Source: an uncultured Bdellovibrio sp.
Lineage (GTDB): Bacteria > Bdellovibrionota > Bdellovibrionia > Bdellovibrionales > Bdellovibrionaceae
NCBI GenBank assembly: GCA_963932905.1
Contig: CAWVRN010000001.1
Coordinates: forward strand, 448,001 to 512,000
DNA length: 64,000 nt
Direction of reading: 5' to 3'
Under the pieces are notes generated by a model. It was not told where the DNA came from, did not search any database, and saw only the letters and a program-made list of their open reading frames with translations. Positions 29,695-40,009 of the stretch are shown piece by piece (the stretch's first letter is position 1; every line of letters starts with the position of its first letter). A program made the position numbers and the translations under genes.

Positions 29695-30368
29695 AGAGTT
29701 TTTTCCGATTCAAATTCAAAAAAACGTTTCCATTTGGACAAGAATAGTTTTTCGTTCGTTTGAAAGTGCTTTTTCGCAAATTCGAGTTGGCGTGATATAT
29801 TTTTGTTCATTCTAGAAATGGCAGACTTGGTATTAGACGGTTGGCGTGGTTGTTTTTCTAGTTTCAAATGTTTTTCTAAAAGTTTCACTTGTTCCGAGAG
29901 CTCTTGAACCATCGAACAATCTAATGTAAACGCGTTGAAATTTTCTTTTTCTTGGATAACGATCTTTTTAAATTTCTCCAGCTGACTGAGCATTAGACCT
30001 TCTTTGCGATGGCTGACGGCGATCCAGTCTAGTGTATCAAATGAGTCGGGGAAAATAGGATAGATCTGCGATCGGTATTCGAACAAAAAAGAACTTTCGT
30101 AGATTTTCTTTTCTTCTTGGTTGCAAGTTAAAACCAAATTCGGATCGGGCTTAGCTAGAATTTTCTGACTTAGATATTCTAAGCGGCGATTCGGGAACTT
30201 ATTTGGTAAAAGCTGTTTGAATTTGGTTTGATAGTTTTGGCTGATTTTTTCCATACTCTGTGATGAAAAATTACACACTAAATTATTACGGACGTAACCG
30301 TTTTCTATCTTTAAAAAATAGCCGGTCGAAAAGATCAAAATTGTTAAGAAAAGAGCTACGCGCATCAC
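29682..30368 (-). CDS. Hypothetical membrane-anchored helical protein
   Basis: 228-aa ORF with an N-terminal hydrophobic segment; overlaps the start of the next gene. Confidence 0.6.
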   Translation of the reverse strand: MMRVALFLTILIFSTGYFLKIENGYVRNNLVCNFSSQSMEKISQNYQTKFKQLLPNKFPNRRLEYLSQKILAKPDPNLVLTCNQEEKKIYESSFLFEYRSQIYPIFPDSFDTLDWIAVSHRKEGLMLSQLEKFKKIVIQEKENFNAFTLDCSMVQELSEQVKLLEKHLKLEKQPRQPSNTKSAISRMNKNISRQLEFAKKHFQTNEKLFLSKWKRFFEFESEKTLCPF

Positions 30369-30436
30369 ACCTTAAATTCGGCATTTTTCTATATATAAAA
30401 ACTAGACCTAAGACCAAAGAAAGAAACCGTGTATTT

Positions 30437-30444
30437 TCCGATAA
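30437..30444 (+). promoter_or_regulatory. Sigma28-like -10 element
   Basis: TCCGATAA 6 nt before ATG 30451; the -35 match is weak. Confidence 0.4.
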
Positions 30445-30450
30445 GTCTGT

Positions 30451-31947
30451 ATGAAATTAAGCTTCAAGGATTTTGCAAGCATTTCTAATCTGTTTGCGGT
30501 GCCTATTCTTATTATTGATCCGGACTCAAAATCCGTTTCCTATTGCAATGAATACTTTGAAGAGTTGACCGGAAAAACAGTCGATCAAGTAAAGGGCGAA
30601 GATGTTTATGATTTATTCGTTCCTCAAAATCGTATAAAAATAGATGCTATTATTGATCTTGCTGTCGGCGACAAGAATTTTGTTCGTATTAGCGAGAAAG
30701 ACCTAGAAATCAAACGCAGATCAGGTCGTAAATGCCCAGTCGATGTTTTTTGTAAAGTCGTTCAGTTAACAAGGGGCAAAGTGGTCGTTTTTTCGTTAAT
30801 TGACCTTTCTGAGGTTAAGGAAAAGCAACAAGAACGTGAATTTTTAATTAATCAAAATTTGCGCTCAGCAAAGTTGGCAGATCTGGGACGTCTCGCTCAA
30901 GGTATCGCACACGAATTAAACAACCCTTTAAGCGTGATTATTGGAAATCTTGAAATGCTAAATCTTGCAAAAGCCAAGCAGGGCGTCACTTTCGAGATGG
31001 TCCAAAAAAGCCTAGCTTCGATGTCTAGGAATTCCAATCGCATGTCTTTGATCGTCAAAAAACTTTTGAATTTTTATAAAACAGAAGACGTTCATTTTAA
31101 AGAGGTCAATACCACCGAAATTATTCGCGAAGTTATCAGTGAAAATGAATATTTCATGAATTTCAATAGAATTAGTCTTTATTTGGACGTGACCGATGTG
31201 AAGATTGTGTGTGATCGTTTGTATATCAAACAAGTTCTAACCAACTTGATGAAAAATGCGATCGCGGCTATCGAAACTCAAAAGACATCTAGGATGATAA
31301 CGGTAAAAGGTGAAGACGTTCTCGGCGAATACATTATTTCTGTGAATAACAATGGCGTTCCGATGTCTGACGAAATTAAAAATAAAATTTTTACACCATT
31401 TTTTACAACTAAAGATGTTGGTGAAGGTGTAGGACTGAGTCTGTATCTATCCGAAAAGATTATGAAGATTCATCATGGCAGTATTTCGTTCGAAAGTAAC
31501 TATAAGTCAGGTACAACATTCTTTTTACATTTCCCGAAAAGCAACGCCAACCTTAGTAGTGAGCCTGAATCCAAAGTCCTGATCGTCAGTCAGGAAGCCA
31601 CGTTCCGGTCGTTCCTTTTTAACAAGTTAGAGCAAGATCAATTTAAAATCATCGAGGCACAAAACCTGTCTGAATCGAAAAACCTATTTCACCATCCCCT
31701 ATCGGCCATCGTGATTGACGGCAGCGATCCTGACCTATTTAAAAATACACTGTTAAATGATCTATTGAGTTTAAGTCCAGCGTTTCCGGTGATTCTGTTC
31801 TATCCGCCAGAATTTGATTTGAAATTGAAATTTTTAAAGACGAAGAATCTTTATTTTTATCCAAAGCCAATCAGAAAAGACGACTACGATGATATGATTC
31901 GGCTTATCCGTAAACGTCAAGGGCAAGGTAATAAAAGAGCGTCTTAG
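30451..31947 (+). CDS. Cytoplasmic PAS histidine kinase with a degenerate C-terminal receiver
   Basis: PAS (YCNEYFEELTG), IAHELNNPL, NLMKNA and PFFTTKDVGEG; receiver-like KVLIV..IVID..KPI. Confidence 0.88.
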   Translation: MKLSFKDFASISNLFAVPILIIDPDSKSVSYCNEYFEELTGKTVDQVKGEDVYDLFVPQNRIKIDAIIDLAVGDKNFVRISEKDLEIKRRSGRKCPVDVFCKVVQLTRGKVVVFSLIDLSEVKEKQQEREFLINQNLRSAKLADLGRLAQGIAHELNNPLSVIIGNLEMLNLAKAKQGVTFEMVQKSLASMSRNSNRMSLIVKKLLNFYKTEDVHFKEVNTTEIIREVISENEYFMNFNRISLYLDVTDVKIVCDRLYIKQVLTNLMKNAIAAIETQKTSRMITVKGEDVLGEYIISVNNNGVPMSDEIKNKIFTPFFTTKDVGEGVGLSLYLSEKIMKIHHGSISFESNYKSGTTFFLHFPKSNANLSSEPESKVLIVSQEATFRSFLFNKLEQDQFKIIEAQNLSESKNLFHHPLSAIVIDGSDPDLFKNTLLNDLLSLSPAFPVILFYPPEFDLKLKFLKTKNLYFYPKPIRKDDYDDMIRLIRKRQGQGNKRAS

Positions 31948-32834
31948 TTCTTACTTAGAAAATCGTTTACTGTTTTACACGCCAATCTAAATGGATCCAT
32001 TTCTTTATCCACCGATTCTGTCGTTTTGTTTCCCGCGGTTGCCGATGTGGCACCGCCTCTCAGAGCCGGCCCCTGCTCGGGCTTCTTAGAACAGATATTG
32101 CTGGCCATTTTTTGGTTCGAATTTTTAATTACATACGTAACATCTCGAATCTTGGCGGTGACGGTTTTAATTTTGGAATCCCGTATTATGCCTACGGGAA
32201 CAGATTTTTTGTTCGCTTTTTCTAACGCTTCGGTAATGTCCGTCAGATTTTCCGTGCGAACGCCATTTACTTTTATAATGATGTCATCGAATTGCAACAC
32301 GCCATTTTTTTCCTCGGTATCGATATCTTTTAGTTGCACTCCGGCCTTGAAGTCCTTTGTTATCGCGTGAACCATTTCACGACTAATTTGTTCAGTGTCG
32401 GACATTCCATCGATAATGCTCATTTTTCCTTTACATTGAAAAACGATAGTGTGTCGTGGGTAAGTGGTAGTGACGGGAACAATGTTGTAATTGGTGTACG
32501 TGGTTTTGTTATTAAGTCGGTAAGAATTGGAATACGCATTTAGCGTTGTAGACGAGGTACTTTCATCAACAGGCTGACTCATCAAAGCGAACTCTGATCT
32601 TTTGGCGCAGTATTCAAGCGCACCCAGCTGAGAATATTCCATCGACGAAAAACTGCCCGTGAATTCATTTCCATTGAAAGAACTTAGATAAGCGCCTTTA
32701 TTTTTTGTATCTTCGGTGATCGAGTTTCCATAGTAGCTGTCTTTCTCGCCATATTTCGTAGCGGTCATGCAAGAGATAGTTGAAATTGTTACTAAACTAA
32801 TGAAAAGCCAATTATATAAATATGATTTCATCAT
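31944..32834 (-). CDS. PDZ-domain lipoprotein
   Basis: Lipobox TISC; 'LQFDDIIIKVNG..IIRDSK' PDZ pattern. Confidence 0.7.
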   Translation of the reverse strand: MMKSYLYNWLFISLVTISTISCMTATKYGEKDSYYGNSITEDTKNKGAYLSSFNGNEFTGSFSSMEYSQLGALEYCAKRSEFALMSQPVDESTSSTTLNAYSNSYRLNNKTTYTNYNIVPVTTTYPRHTIVFQCKGKMSIIDGMSDTEQISREMVHAITKDFKAGVQLKDIDTEEKNGVLQFDDIIIKVNGVRTENLTDITEALEKANKKSVPVGIIRDSKIKTVTAKIRDVTYVIKNSNQKMASNICSKKPEQGPALRGGATSATAGNKTTESVDKEMDPFRLACKTVNDFLSKN

Positions 32835-32868
32835 GGTTTATTCTTTAACACCCAGAAATCGATTAGGC

Positions 32869-32902
32869 AAAAAAAATCCCGATTTTTTAGATCGGGATTT
32901 TT
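32869..32902 (-). terminator. Intrinsic terminator of clpPX
   Basis: AAAAATCCCGAT-tttttag-ATCGGGATTTTT stem-loop with a U-tract on the minus strand. Confidence 0.85.
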
Positions 32903-32924
32903 AGTTATTATTCTAATTAGATTC

Positions 32925-34217
32925 CTATGCGCTTTCGGCCGGATCGTTGGACTTAGCCTTCTTGATTTCTTCTTCTGTTTTGAAGACTAAACCTGGAGTA
33001 CCTTTTGACGTAATCACGGTGTCGTCGATCAAAACCTCTTTTAAGTTAGTTTTTGAAGGAACGTCGAACATGATGTCTAACATCGCCGTTTCAAGTACTG
33101 CTCTTAGACCACGCGCGCCTGTACGGCGTTTGATGGCTGTCTGAGCAATGGCTTTAAGCGCTTTGTCAGTGAATTTTAAATCAATGCCTTCATAAGTGAA
33201 TAGCTTTTGATATTGTTTCGTGATCGCGTTTTTTGGGCGAATCAAGATATCGATCAAAGCATCTTCAGATAATGGATCAAGGACTGCCATCACCGGCAGA
33301 CGACCAATGAATTCAGGAATCATACCGAAACGAACTAAATCGTCTGGTTCAACACTTTGTAGAATGTTGACGGATTCATCTTTTTCTTTACCTGTTTTGA
33401 TGTCAGCAGCAATACCCATTGTTCTGTTTGAAGTACGGCCTTCGATGATTTTTTCCAAACCTACGAATGCGCCACCGCAAATGAACAAGATATTAGAAGT
33501 ATCTACTTGGATAAATTCTTGTTGAGGATGTTTACGACCACCTTTTGGAGGCAAGTTCGCTACCGTTCCTTCTAAGATTTTTAATAATGCTTGCTGAACG
33601 CCTTCGCCCGATACGTCACGAGTGATGGAAGGATTCTCTGATTTTCTAGAGATTTTATCGATTTCATCGATATAGATAACGCCTTTTTGTGCGCGTTCTA
33701 CATCGTAATCAGCCGCTTGCAGTAAGTTTAATACTACGTTCTCGACGTCTTCACCGACATAACCGGCTTCAGTTAACGTTGTCGCATCCGCCATCGCGAA
33801 TGGAACATTCAAGATTTTGGCGATTGTTTGTGCCAGCAATGTTTTACCAGAACCCGTTGGTCCGATTAACATGATATTCGATTTTTGAAGTTCGATATCG
33901 TTGCTTTTCTTGTTAGTACTGATGTTATTAATACGTTTATAGTGATTGTGTACCGCAACTGACAAAGACTTCTTCGCTTGTTGTTGGCCGATAACGAAAT
34001 CATCTAAATGTGTTTTGATATCTAAAGGTTTTGGTACTTTGAAAACGCCTTTCGCAGACGTCTCGCGATCCTTTTCCTCGTCGATAATGTCATTACATAA
34101 ATCGATACATTCATCACAAATGTAAACACCGGGGCCGGCGATCAGTTTTTTAACTTCCTTTTGGCCTTTTCCGCAAAAACTACAGCGTAAACTGCCTTGA
34201 GCTGTTGAAGATGACAT
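32925..34217 (-). CDS. clpX: ATP-dependent Clp protease ATPase subunit
   Basis: CSFC..CDEC zinc finger, [28 protein letters not shown] and GGRKHP. Confidence 0.99.
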   Translation of the reverse strand: MSSSTAQGSLRCSFCGKGQKEVKKLIAGPGVYICDECIDLCNDIIDEEKDRETSAKGVFKVPKPLDIKTHLDDFVIGQQQAKKSLSVAVHNHYKRINNISTNKKSNDIELQKSNIMLIGPTGSGKTLLAQTIAKILNVPFAMADATTLTEAGYVGEDVENVVLNLLQAADYDVERAQKGVIYIDEIDKISRKSENPSITRDVSGEGVQQALLKILEGTVANLPPKGGRKHPQQEFIQVDTSNILFICGGAFVGLEKIIEGRTSNRTMGIAADIKTGKEKDESVNILQSVEPDDLVRFGMIPEFIGRLPVMAVLDPLSEDALIDILIRPKNAITKQYQKLFTYEGIDLKFTDKALKAIAQTAIKRRTGARGLRAVLETAMLDIMFDVPSKTNLKEVLIDDTVITSKGTPGLVFKTEEEIKKAKSNDPAESA

Positions 34218-34221
34218 TCGC

Positions 34222-34827
34222 TTATCCTTTGATTAATTTTCTTGGTTCTACAATGTGATCGACTAAACCAAATTCTTTTGCTTCTTGAGGGCTCATAAAA
34301 TTATCACGCTCCATCGCTGCGAAAAGTTTATCGTAAGTTTGAGTCGTATGAGTTTGATAAATTTTAGTAAGCTTTTCTTTTGTTTTCACTAATTCACGTG
34401 CATGAATTTCGATATCAGTTACCTGACCACCTAATCCGCCACCACCCAAGTGAGGTTGATGGATCATGATACGTGTATTTGGCAAAGAGTAACGTTTTCC
34501 TTTAGCGCCCGCTGTTAGTAGCAGGGAACCCATACTGGCCGCCATACCCATACAGTAAGTCGCCACATCGCACTTTACAAATTGCATAATATCGTAAAGA
34601 GCTAATCCGCTGGATACACTTCCACCCGGCGAATTGATGTATAAATGAATATCTTTTTCTGGATTATCCACTTCCAAAAACAACATCTGTGCGATGATTG
34701 CATTGGCAACATCATCAGTTACGGCTGATCCAAGGATGATGATGCGATCTTTAAGTAGGCGTGAGTAGATGTCATACGAGCGCTCGCCTTTAGAAGTTTG
34801 CTCGATAACGTAAGGAATTAGTGCCAC
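34222..34827 (-). CDS. clpP: Clp protease proteolytic subunit
   Basis: [25 protein letters not shown] and MIHQP. Confidence 0.99.
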   Translation of the reverse strand: MALIPYVIEQTSKGERSYDIYSRLLKDRIIILGSAVTDDVANAIIAQMLFLEVDNPEKDIHLYINSPGGSVSSGLALYDIMQFVKCDVATYCMGMAASMGSLLLTAGAKGKRYSLPNTRIMIHQPHLGGGGLGGQVTDIEIHARELVKTKEKLTKIYQTHTTQTYDKLFAAMERDNFMSPQEAKEFGLVDHIVEPRKLIKG

Positions 34828-34872
34828 TGTGGTTCTCCTGAAAATGAATTACGTGTTCGTTCTCTTGAATCT

Positions 34873-34899
34873 TTATCGGCGGCTTTTAGAAGTACTTTA
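34873..34899 (-). promoter_or_regulatory. Consensus sigma28 (FliA) promoter of clpPX
   Basis: Exact TAAA-N15-GCCGATAA on the minus strand. Confidence 0.8.
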
Positions 34900-34982
34900 T
34901 TTAAAAAGGCCTTGAAGAATCAATTAACTATGATACGACTAAAGGTCTAAATTCAACCAGCTTTGAACCACGGAGTCATAAC

Positions 34983-36500
34983 ATGACAATCGATTTAATT
35001 TCACAAGACCTTGATTCAGCCATCAGCTCAAAATCAAACACAGTTTTAGTTCTTTTCAGTAGTTTAGGTGACGATAAAGACAAAAAGCCAGTGTTGCATA
35101 ATAAATCTGTTGCGAAACATCTTGAGACAAATCTAGAAGAGAAATCCATTACGGGTAAGTCCGGCGAAACAGTCCTATTCCGAGAATTTGCTCACGCATC
35201 TTGTCGTCATTTGTTGGTTGTTGGTCTAGGTTCTACCAAAGAATTAACTCACGAATCATTCCGCCAAGTCGCAGCGTCTATTTACGATGCCGTAAAAGCC
35301 TCTAAAGCAGAAGAAGCCTTTATCGATTTCGAATCATTACCTGCGAAAATGAAAAACGAAGATAATATACAGGCTACTGTAGAGGGTTTGCTTCTAACTT
35401 CGTATGAATTTAACGAACTAAAATCTAAAAAAGATAAAAAGCCGGCCTCTGATATGCTTTTCCACATGGTTTTAAAAGAATCTAAAAATGCCGGTTATAA
35501 AAAAGCCTTCTCTGAAGGTTTAGCGTTGGCAGACACTGTTAATTTTGCTCGTTTCCTTGGTGATATGCCGGGTAATTTGATGACGCCGGATATCTTAGCA
35601 AAGAAGGCCGTCGAAGCGGCGAAAAGCGTAAAAGTAAAAGCCACTGTTTGGGATAAGGCGCGTATTAAGAAAGAAAAAATGGGCGGTTTACTGGGTGTTT
35701 CAATGGGTTCCGATCAGGAACCTCGTTTTATCGTTCTTGAATACAATGGTGCTGCTAAAACTAAAAAACCGGTTGTCTTCGTAGGTAAAGGTTTAACTTT
35801 TGACTGCGGTGGTATCAGCATTAAGCCATCAGCAGCGATGGAAGAAATGAAATACGATATGTGCGGCGGTGCTAACGTGATCGCAACCGTGCTTGCCGTA
35901 GCGAAATTGAAGTTAAAAGTAAATGTTATGGGTATCGTACCAGCGACTGAAAACATGCCTGGACCATCGGCGACTAAACCAGGTGATATCCACACAGCTC
36001 GTAATGGAAAAACATTTGAAGTGAACAATACAGATGCCGAAGGTCGCTTGATCCTAAGTGATGCTCTTGTGTACGCCTGTGAGCAAAAACCAGAAATCGT
36101 AATTGATGCTGCGACTTTGACGGGCGCGATGGTTGTGGCTTTGGGTAATACCCACACAGGTTACTTTACTCGTAATGAAAAATTGAAAAAAACAATCGAA
36201 GAAGCCGCTAAAGCTTCTGGTGAATGGGTATGGAACATGCCTTTAACTGATTTCCATGTGCAAGATATGAAAGGTACATACGCCGATCTATCAAACATCT
36301 CTGCAGGTAAAGGTGCGGGGTCTGCCACGGCAGCCGCGTTCTTGGAACAATTCGTTGAAGAGGGCATTCCATGGGCTCACTTCGATATCGCGGGTACTGG
36401 CTGGTCAGTAGGCAATCGTCTAAAATATTGCCCTAAAAAAGGCGCTAGTGGCGCTATGATCAGAACGTTCGTGGAGATTGCTAGAAGTTTTGAAAGATAG
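34983..36500 (+). CDS. pepA: Leucyl aminopeptidase (M17)
   Basis: VGKGLTFDCGG, MKYDMCG, NTDAEGRL, ATLTGA and WAHFDIAG. Confidence 0.97.
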   Translation: MTIDLISQDLDSAISSKSNTVLVLFSSLGDDKDKKPVLHNKSVAKHLETNLEEKSITGKSGETVLFREFAHASCRHLLVVGLGSTKELTHESFRQVAASIYDAVKASKAEEAFIDFESLPAKMKNEDNIQATVEGLLLTSYEFNELKSKKDKKPASDMLFHMVLKESKNAGYKKAFSEGLALADTVNFARFLGDMPGNLMTPDILAKKAVEAAKSVKVKATVWDKARIKKEKMGGLLGVSMGSDQEPRFIVLEYNGAAKTKKPVVFVGKGLTFDCGGISIKPSAAMEEMKYDMCGGANVIATVLAVAKLKLKVNVMGIVPATENMPGPSATKPGDIHTARNGKTFEVNNTDAEGRLILSDALVYACEQKPEIVIDAATLTGAMVVALGNTHTGYFTRNEKLKKTIEEAAKASGEWVWNMPLTDFHVQDMKGTYADLSNISAGKGAGSATAAAFLEQFVEEGIPWAHFDIAGTGWSVGNRLKYCPKKGASGAMIRTFVEIARSFER

Positions 36501-38244
36501 TCTTTTATCTCAGCCTCTACGTTATTTTATATCTAAGAACAGAAAATCCTTTGGCATTGGATTGGCGCTTTTAATAGCCACCAATGCCTTAGACTCGGCC
36601 ACACCTTTAGTTCTAAAGATCGCCATTGATACTATCTCTGCTGGAAATTTTGAACCAACGGAACTTCTAAAAACTGCCGCTCTATTTTTTGCTGTCATGT
36701 TTATGCTGGCAGCGACTCGATTTGGTTGGCGTATATTCTGGAGCGACTATCATACATCGGCGGCGGACGAACTTCGCAATCGCGTTTTTAATCATTATTC
36801 GCAAATGGGCCCTAGATTCTACACGAAAAATTCAGTGGGCGAGATGATGAGTTTAATCACGAACGATGTGCAATTTTTTAGAAACGGAATTGGACCTGGT
36901 TTGTTAATTCTGATCGACGGCATCAGTTTAATCATTCTTATAGTTCCGTCGATGATTTATCTTAGTCCAAGTTGGACCGCAAAATGTTTGGTCTTTATCG
37001 CGATCGTTCCATTTTTCATTCATGCGATTACTAAACGCATTGGTGCTTTGTCGAAAGAACAGCAAGCGATGCTAGCGCGATTAACCAGTTTCACTCAGGA
37101 ATTAGTTTCCGGTGTTAAGATCGTGAAAATATTCTCGATGGAATCGCAGCGATCAGAGAAATACCAAGAACTCAGCAAAGAATATCTGGATAAATCAAAT
37201 CAGCTAAACCGCGTGGATTCATTCTTTAATCCTTTGATGCAGATGGCGGTCGCGACCGGAACCATTATTTTACTATATATCGGCGGCGGTGAAGTGATTT
37301 CGGGCGTAGTGACGCTAGGAAGTTTCGTCGCGTTTCAGCGTTATATTAATAAAATCATCTGGCCATTTTCGGCCTTAGGCTATGGATTATCTCAAATGCA
37401 AAAAGGCCGAAGTGCGTTTGAGCGGATCAAAGCTCTGTTAGAAGAGCCGGTAGAATTCCCGGATCTTTTCAATCAGGCGAAGACAGCGCATGTTGCGTCC
37501 GTCGATTCGATAGAATTAAGAAACGTAGGATTTAAATACGGCGAAGTTGACGTCCTTAAAAATATAAATTTAAAAATAAACAAAGGTCAGTTTATTGGGA
37601 TCACCGGCCCCGTCGGTGCGGGCAAATCAACACTTCTTCATTTGCTAGTCGACTACCTAGGAAACTATTCAGGCCAGATTTTACTTAACGGTAAAGATTA
37701 TAACCAGTACGCAAAGTCAGAAATCTGGAAATCAGTTAAGATGGTTCCACAAGAGCCGTTCCTGTTTAGCTCTACGATTCGTAATAACGTAATTTTATCT
37801 TCAGCTAGCAATGAACAGCAGTTAAATTCGATCATTTCGATGGTGGATTTCGACAAGGACATGAAGACACTAGAGCGCGGCTTAGAGACTTTCGTGGGCG
37901 AGAAAGGTGTTCAGCTGTCGGGCGGGCAAAAGCAGCGCCTGACATTGGCTCGCGGCGTGTACGCGAAACCTGATGTGATTTTGCTGGATGACACCCTAAG
38001 TGCCCTGGATACCAAGACGGAAGCTAATGTTCGTGATCATTTGTTTAGATCTAGTAAAGATCAAATCAGAGTGATCGTGGCTAACAAGGTTCAGTCGTTG
38101 ATGAACGCCGATCAAATCGTGGTTTTATCGGAGGGGCAAATTGAAGCCGTTGGGACGCATAAGGAACTACTAGAAAAATCCAAATTCTATCTAAATCAGT
38201 GGCGATTGCAGCAGATGAACGATGCGGGGAATACCCATGCATAG
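36478..38244 (+). CDS. ABC exporter half-transporter (MdlA/YheI-like)
   Basis: TM domain plus NBD: GPVGAGKS, LSGGQKQR, degenerate Walker B (LLDD) and switch (ANK). Start codon uncertain. Confidence 0.9.
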   Translation: MLEVLKDSLLSQPLRYFISKNRKSFGIGLALLIATNALDSATPLVLKIAIDTISAGNFEPTELLKTAALFFAVMFMLAATRFGWRIFWSDYHTSAADELRNRVFNHYSQMGPRFYTKNSVGEMMSLITNDVQFFRNGIGPGLLILIDGISLIILIVPSMIYLSPSWTAKCLVFIAIVPFFIHAITKRIGALSKEQQAMLARLTSFTQELVSGVKIVKIFSMESQRSEKYQELSKEYLDKSNQLNRVDSFFNPLMQMAVATGTIILLYIGGGEVISGVVTLGSFVAFQRYINKIIWPFSALGYGLSQMQKGRSAFERIKALLEEPVEFPDLFNQAKTAHVASVDSIELRNVGFKYGEVDVLKNINLKINKGQFIGITGPVGAGKSTLLHLLVDYLGNYSGQILLNGKDYNQYAKSEIWKSVKMVPQEPFLFSSTIRNNVILSSASNEQQLNSIISMVDFDKDMKTLERGLETFVGEKGVQLSGGQKQRLTLARGVYAKPDVILLDDTLSALDTKTEANVRDHLFRSSKDQIRVIVANKVQSLMNADQIVVLSEGQIEAVGTHKELLEKSKFYLNQWRLQQMNDAGNTHA

Positions 38245-40009
38245 TTTTTCTGAAGATAAAGAAACTACTCGGTTGAACTACAAACAGCTTTTCAAAAAGC
38301 TAAGTCCTTTCTTGGCGCGACGAAAAGGCAGTTTGGTATGGGTTACGTTTCTAGTGTTGGCAGCGGCGCTCAGTGGCCGTGCGATTCCATTTTTTATTGG
38401 CTACACAATTGATAATGCCATCGTTAAAAAAGATTGGGATTTGCTGCTTTATTGCACCATCGGTTATGCGGTTCTTGAAATTTTAAATTCCGTCTTTGAA
38501 TTCTTGCAAGTTTACGAATTTCAAAAACTAGGGAACAAGGTATTACTTGATATTCGATCGAAAATTCTATTTGTCGTACAGCGAATTCCGATGACTTATT
38601 TCAATAAGACTCCGGCAGGGCGAATCGTCACACGCGCAACAAATGATGTTTCACAAATTGGCGAAATATTCAGTGATGGCGTAGTTAAAGTATTTATTCA
38701 GCTTATCGTTTTGATTTCGATTGTTACTTCGATGATGTTGATATCGGTGAAACTAACAGTCATTTGTTTGATTTCGGCGCCACTATTTTTCTACTTGGGA
38801 ATTAGAATTACCAATAAAATCAAAGAAACTCTACGCGTTTCCAAGATCGCGACGTCGGCCTTGAATTCATTCATTGCTGAAAGCTTGAATGGCATGAAGA
38901 TCATTCAGATGTATCAATTGTCACGTTCAAAGATGGATCATTTTGAATTTCTATCCGGCGATTTGAAAAAGGTGTCGCTACAGTCGACTCGGAATTATGC
39001 GATGATGATGCCCATTTTGAATTTATTCAATGGTTTGATTCTAGCCAGCGCATTGTACTTTAGTGGGATTCTAGGTCAACAAGACGGAATTAAAGTCGGT
39101 CTTGTAATCACCTTCTTTCTGCATGCTTTAGATTTCGTTCATCCATTCCGTGATATTATCGAAAAGTATCAGTCGTTCCAAAACAGCTTAACCAGTGCTG
39201 AACGTGTGTTCACTTTGTTAGAAGAGCCTATCGAACCGGGTTATAGTTTGCCGCATGTTTCGCAGAAATTAGGAAACACAATTGAATTTAAAAACTTGAG
39301 TTTTAAATACCAAGATACGCAAACTACCGTTCTAAAAAATCTTTCGCTTACTATTAAAGATCGTCAGTCCGTAGGTGTGGTGGGAAGAACGGGTGCTGGG
39401 AAATCAACGTTGGTTCATTTATTGTTGAATTTGTACCCGCCGCCACCTAATGAATTATTCATTGGCGGGCACGCTATCGAAACGATCCCGCTGACTCAGC
39501 TACGTCACAAGATAAATTGCGTACAGCAAGATCTGTTTTTATTTAAGGGAACAATATTCGAGAATCTGACTTTAGGTTCCGCACGAATTCCAGAAGATCG
39601 CGTCTACCGAGTTGCTGCCGAAATTGGTTTGATGGATTACCTAGCGAAAACCCAGCGCACATTGGCTCACCCGGTAGAAGAATCGGGCGCTAATTTAAGT
39701 ACCGGTGAAAAGCAGTTGATTTCGTTTGCACGTATTTTGATTTTTGATCCCGAGATAGTGATTTTGGATGAAGCGACGTCAAATATAGATTCACAGATGG
39801 AACAATTGCTGCAAACGGCGTCTAAGAAACTAATTCAAAATCGCACATCGATTGTGATTGCCCATCGCCTATCTACTATATTTAGCTGTGATCGAATTCT
39901 GGTATTAGAAAATGGCCGTGTGATTGAAGACGGATCTCCTCAAGAACTAGCGGCCAGAGATTCTGAGTTTAAAAAAATGCTAAACGATCAATCTTATAAA
40001 AATTTGTAG
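38237..40009 (+). CDS. ABC exporter half-transporter (MdlB/YheH-like)
   Basis: GRIVTRATND, GRTGAGKS, LSTGEKQ, LDEATS and IAHRLST; ATG 38237 follows GGGGA. Confidence 0.92.
   Translation: MHSFSEDKETTRLNYKQLFKKLSPFLARRKGSLVWVTFLVLAAALSGRAIPFFIGYTIDNAIVKKDWDLLLYCTIGYAVLEILNSVFEFLQVYEFQKLGNKVLLDIRSKILFVVQRIPMTYFNKTPAGRIVTRATNDVSQIGEIFSDGVVKVFIQLIVLISIVTSMMLISVKLTVICLISAPLFFYLGIRITNKIKETLRVSKIATSALNSFIAESLNGMKIIQMYQLSRSKMDHFEFLSGDLKKVSLQSTRNYAMMMPILNLFNGLILASALYFSGILGQQDGIKVGLVITFFLHALDFVHPFRDIIEKYQSFQNSLTSAERVFTLLEEPIEPGYSLPHVSQKLGNTIEFKNLSFKYQDTQTTVLKNLSLTIKDRQSVGVVGRTGAGKSTLVHLLLNLYPPPPNELFIGGHAIETIPLTQLRHKINCVQQDLFLFKGTIFENLTLGSARIPEDRVYRVAAEIGLMDYLAKTQRTLAHPVEESGANLSTGEKQLISFARILIFDPEIVILDEATSNIDSQMEQLLQTASKKLIQNRTSIVIAHRLSTIFSCDRILVLENGRVIEDGSPQELAARDSEFKKMLNDQSYKNL

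Noticed and set aside
35282..36367. Antisense ORFs inside pepA (also inside clpX, lysC, mreB, sufC, xdhB and others)
   Set aside because: They mirror conserved genes on the opposite strand and show no motifs or RBS.
36478..40009. Degenerate ABC motifs suggesting pseudogenes
   Set aside because: One degenerate ATP site is normal for heterodimeric exporters.
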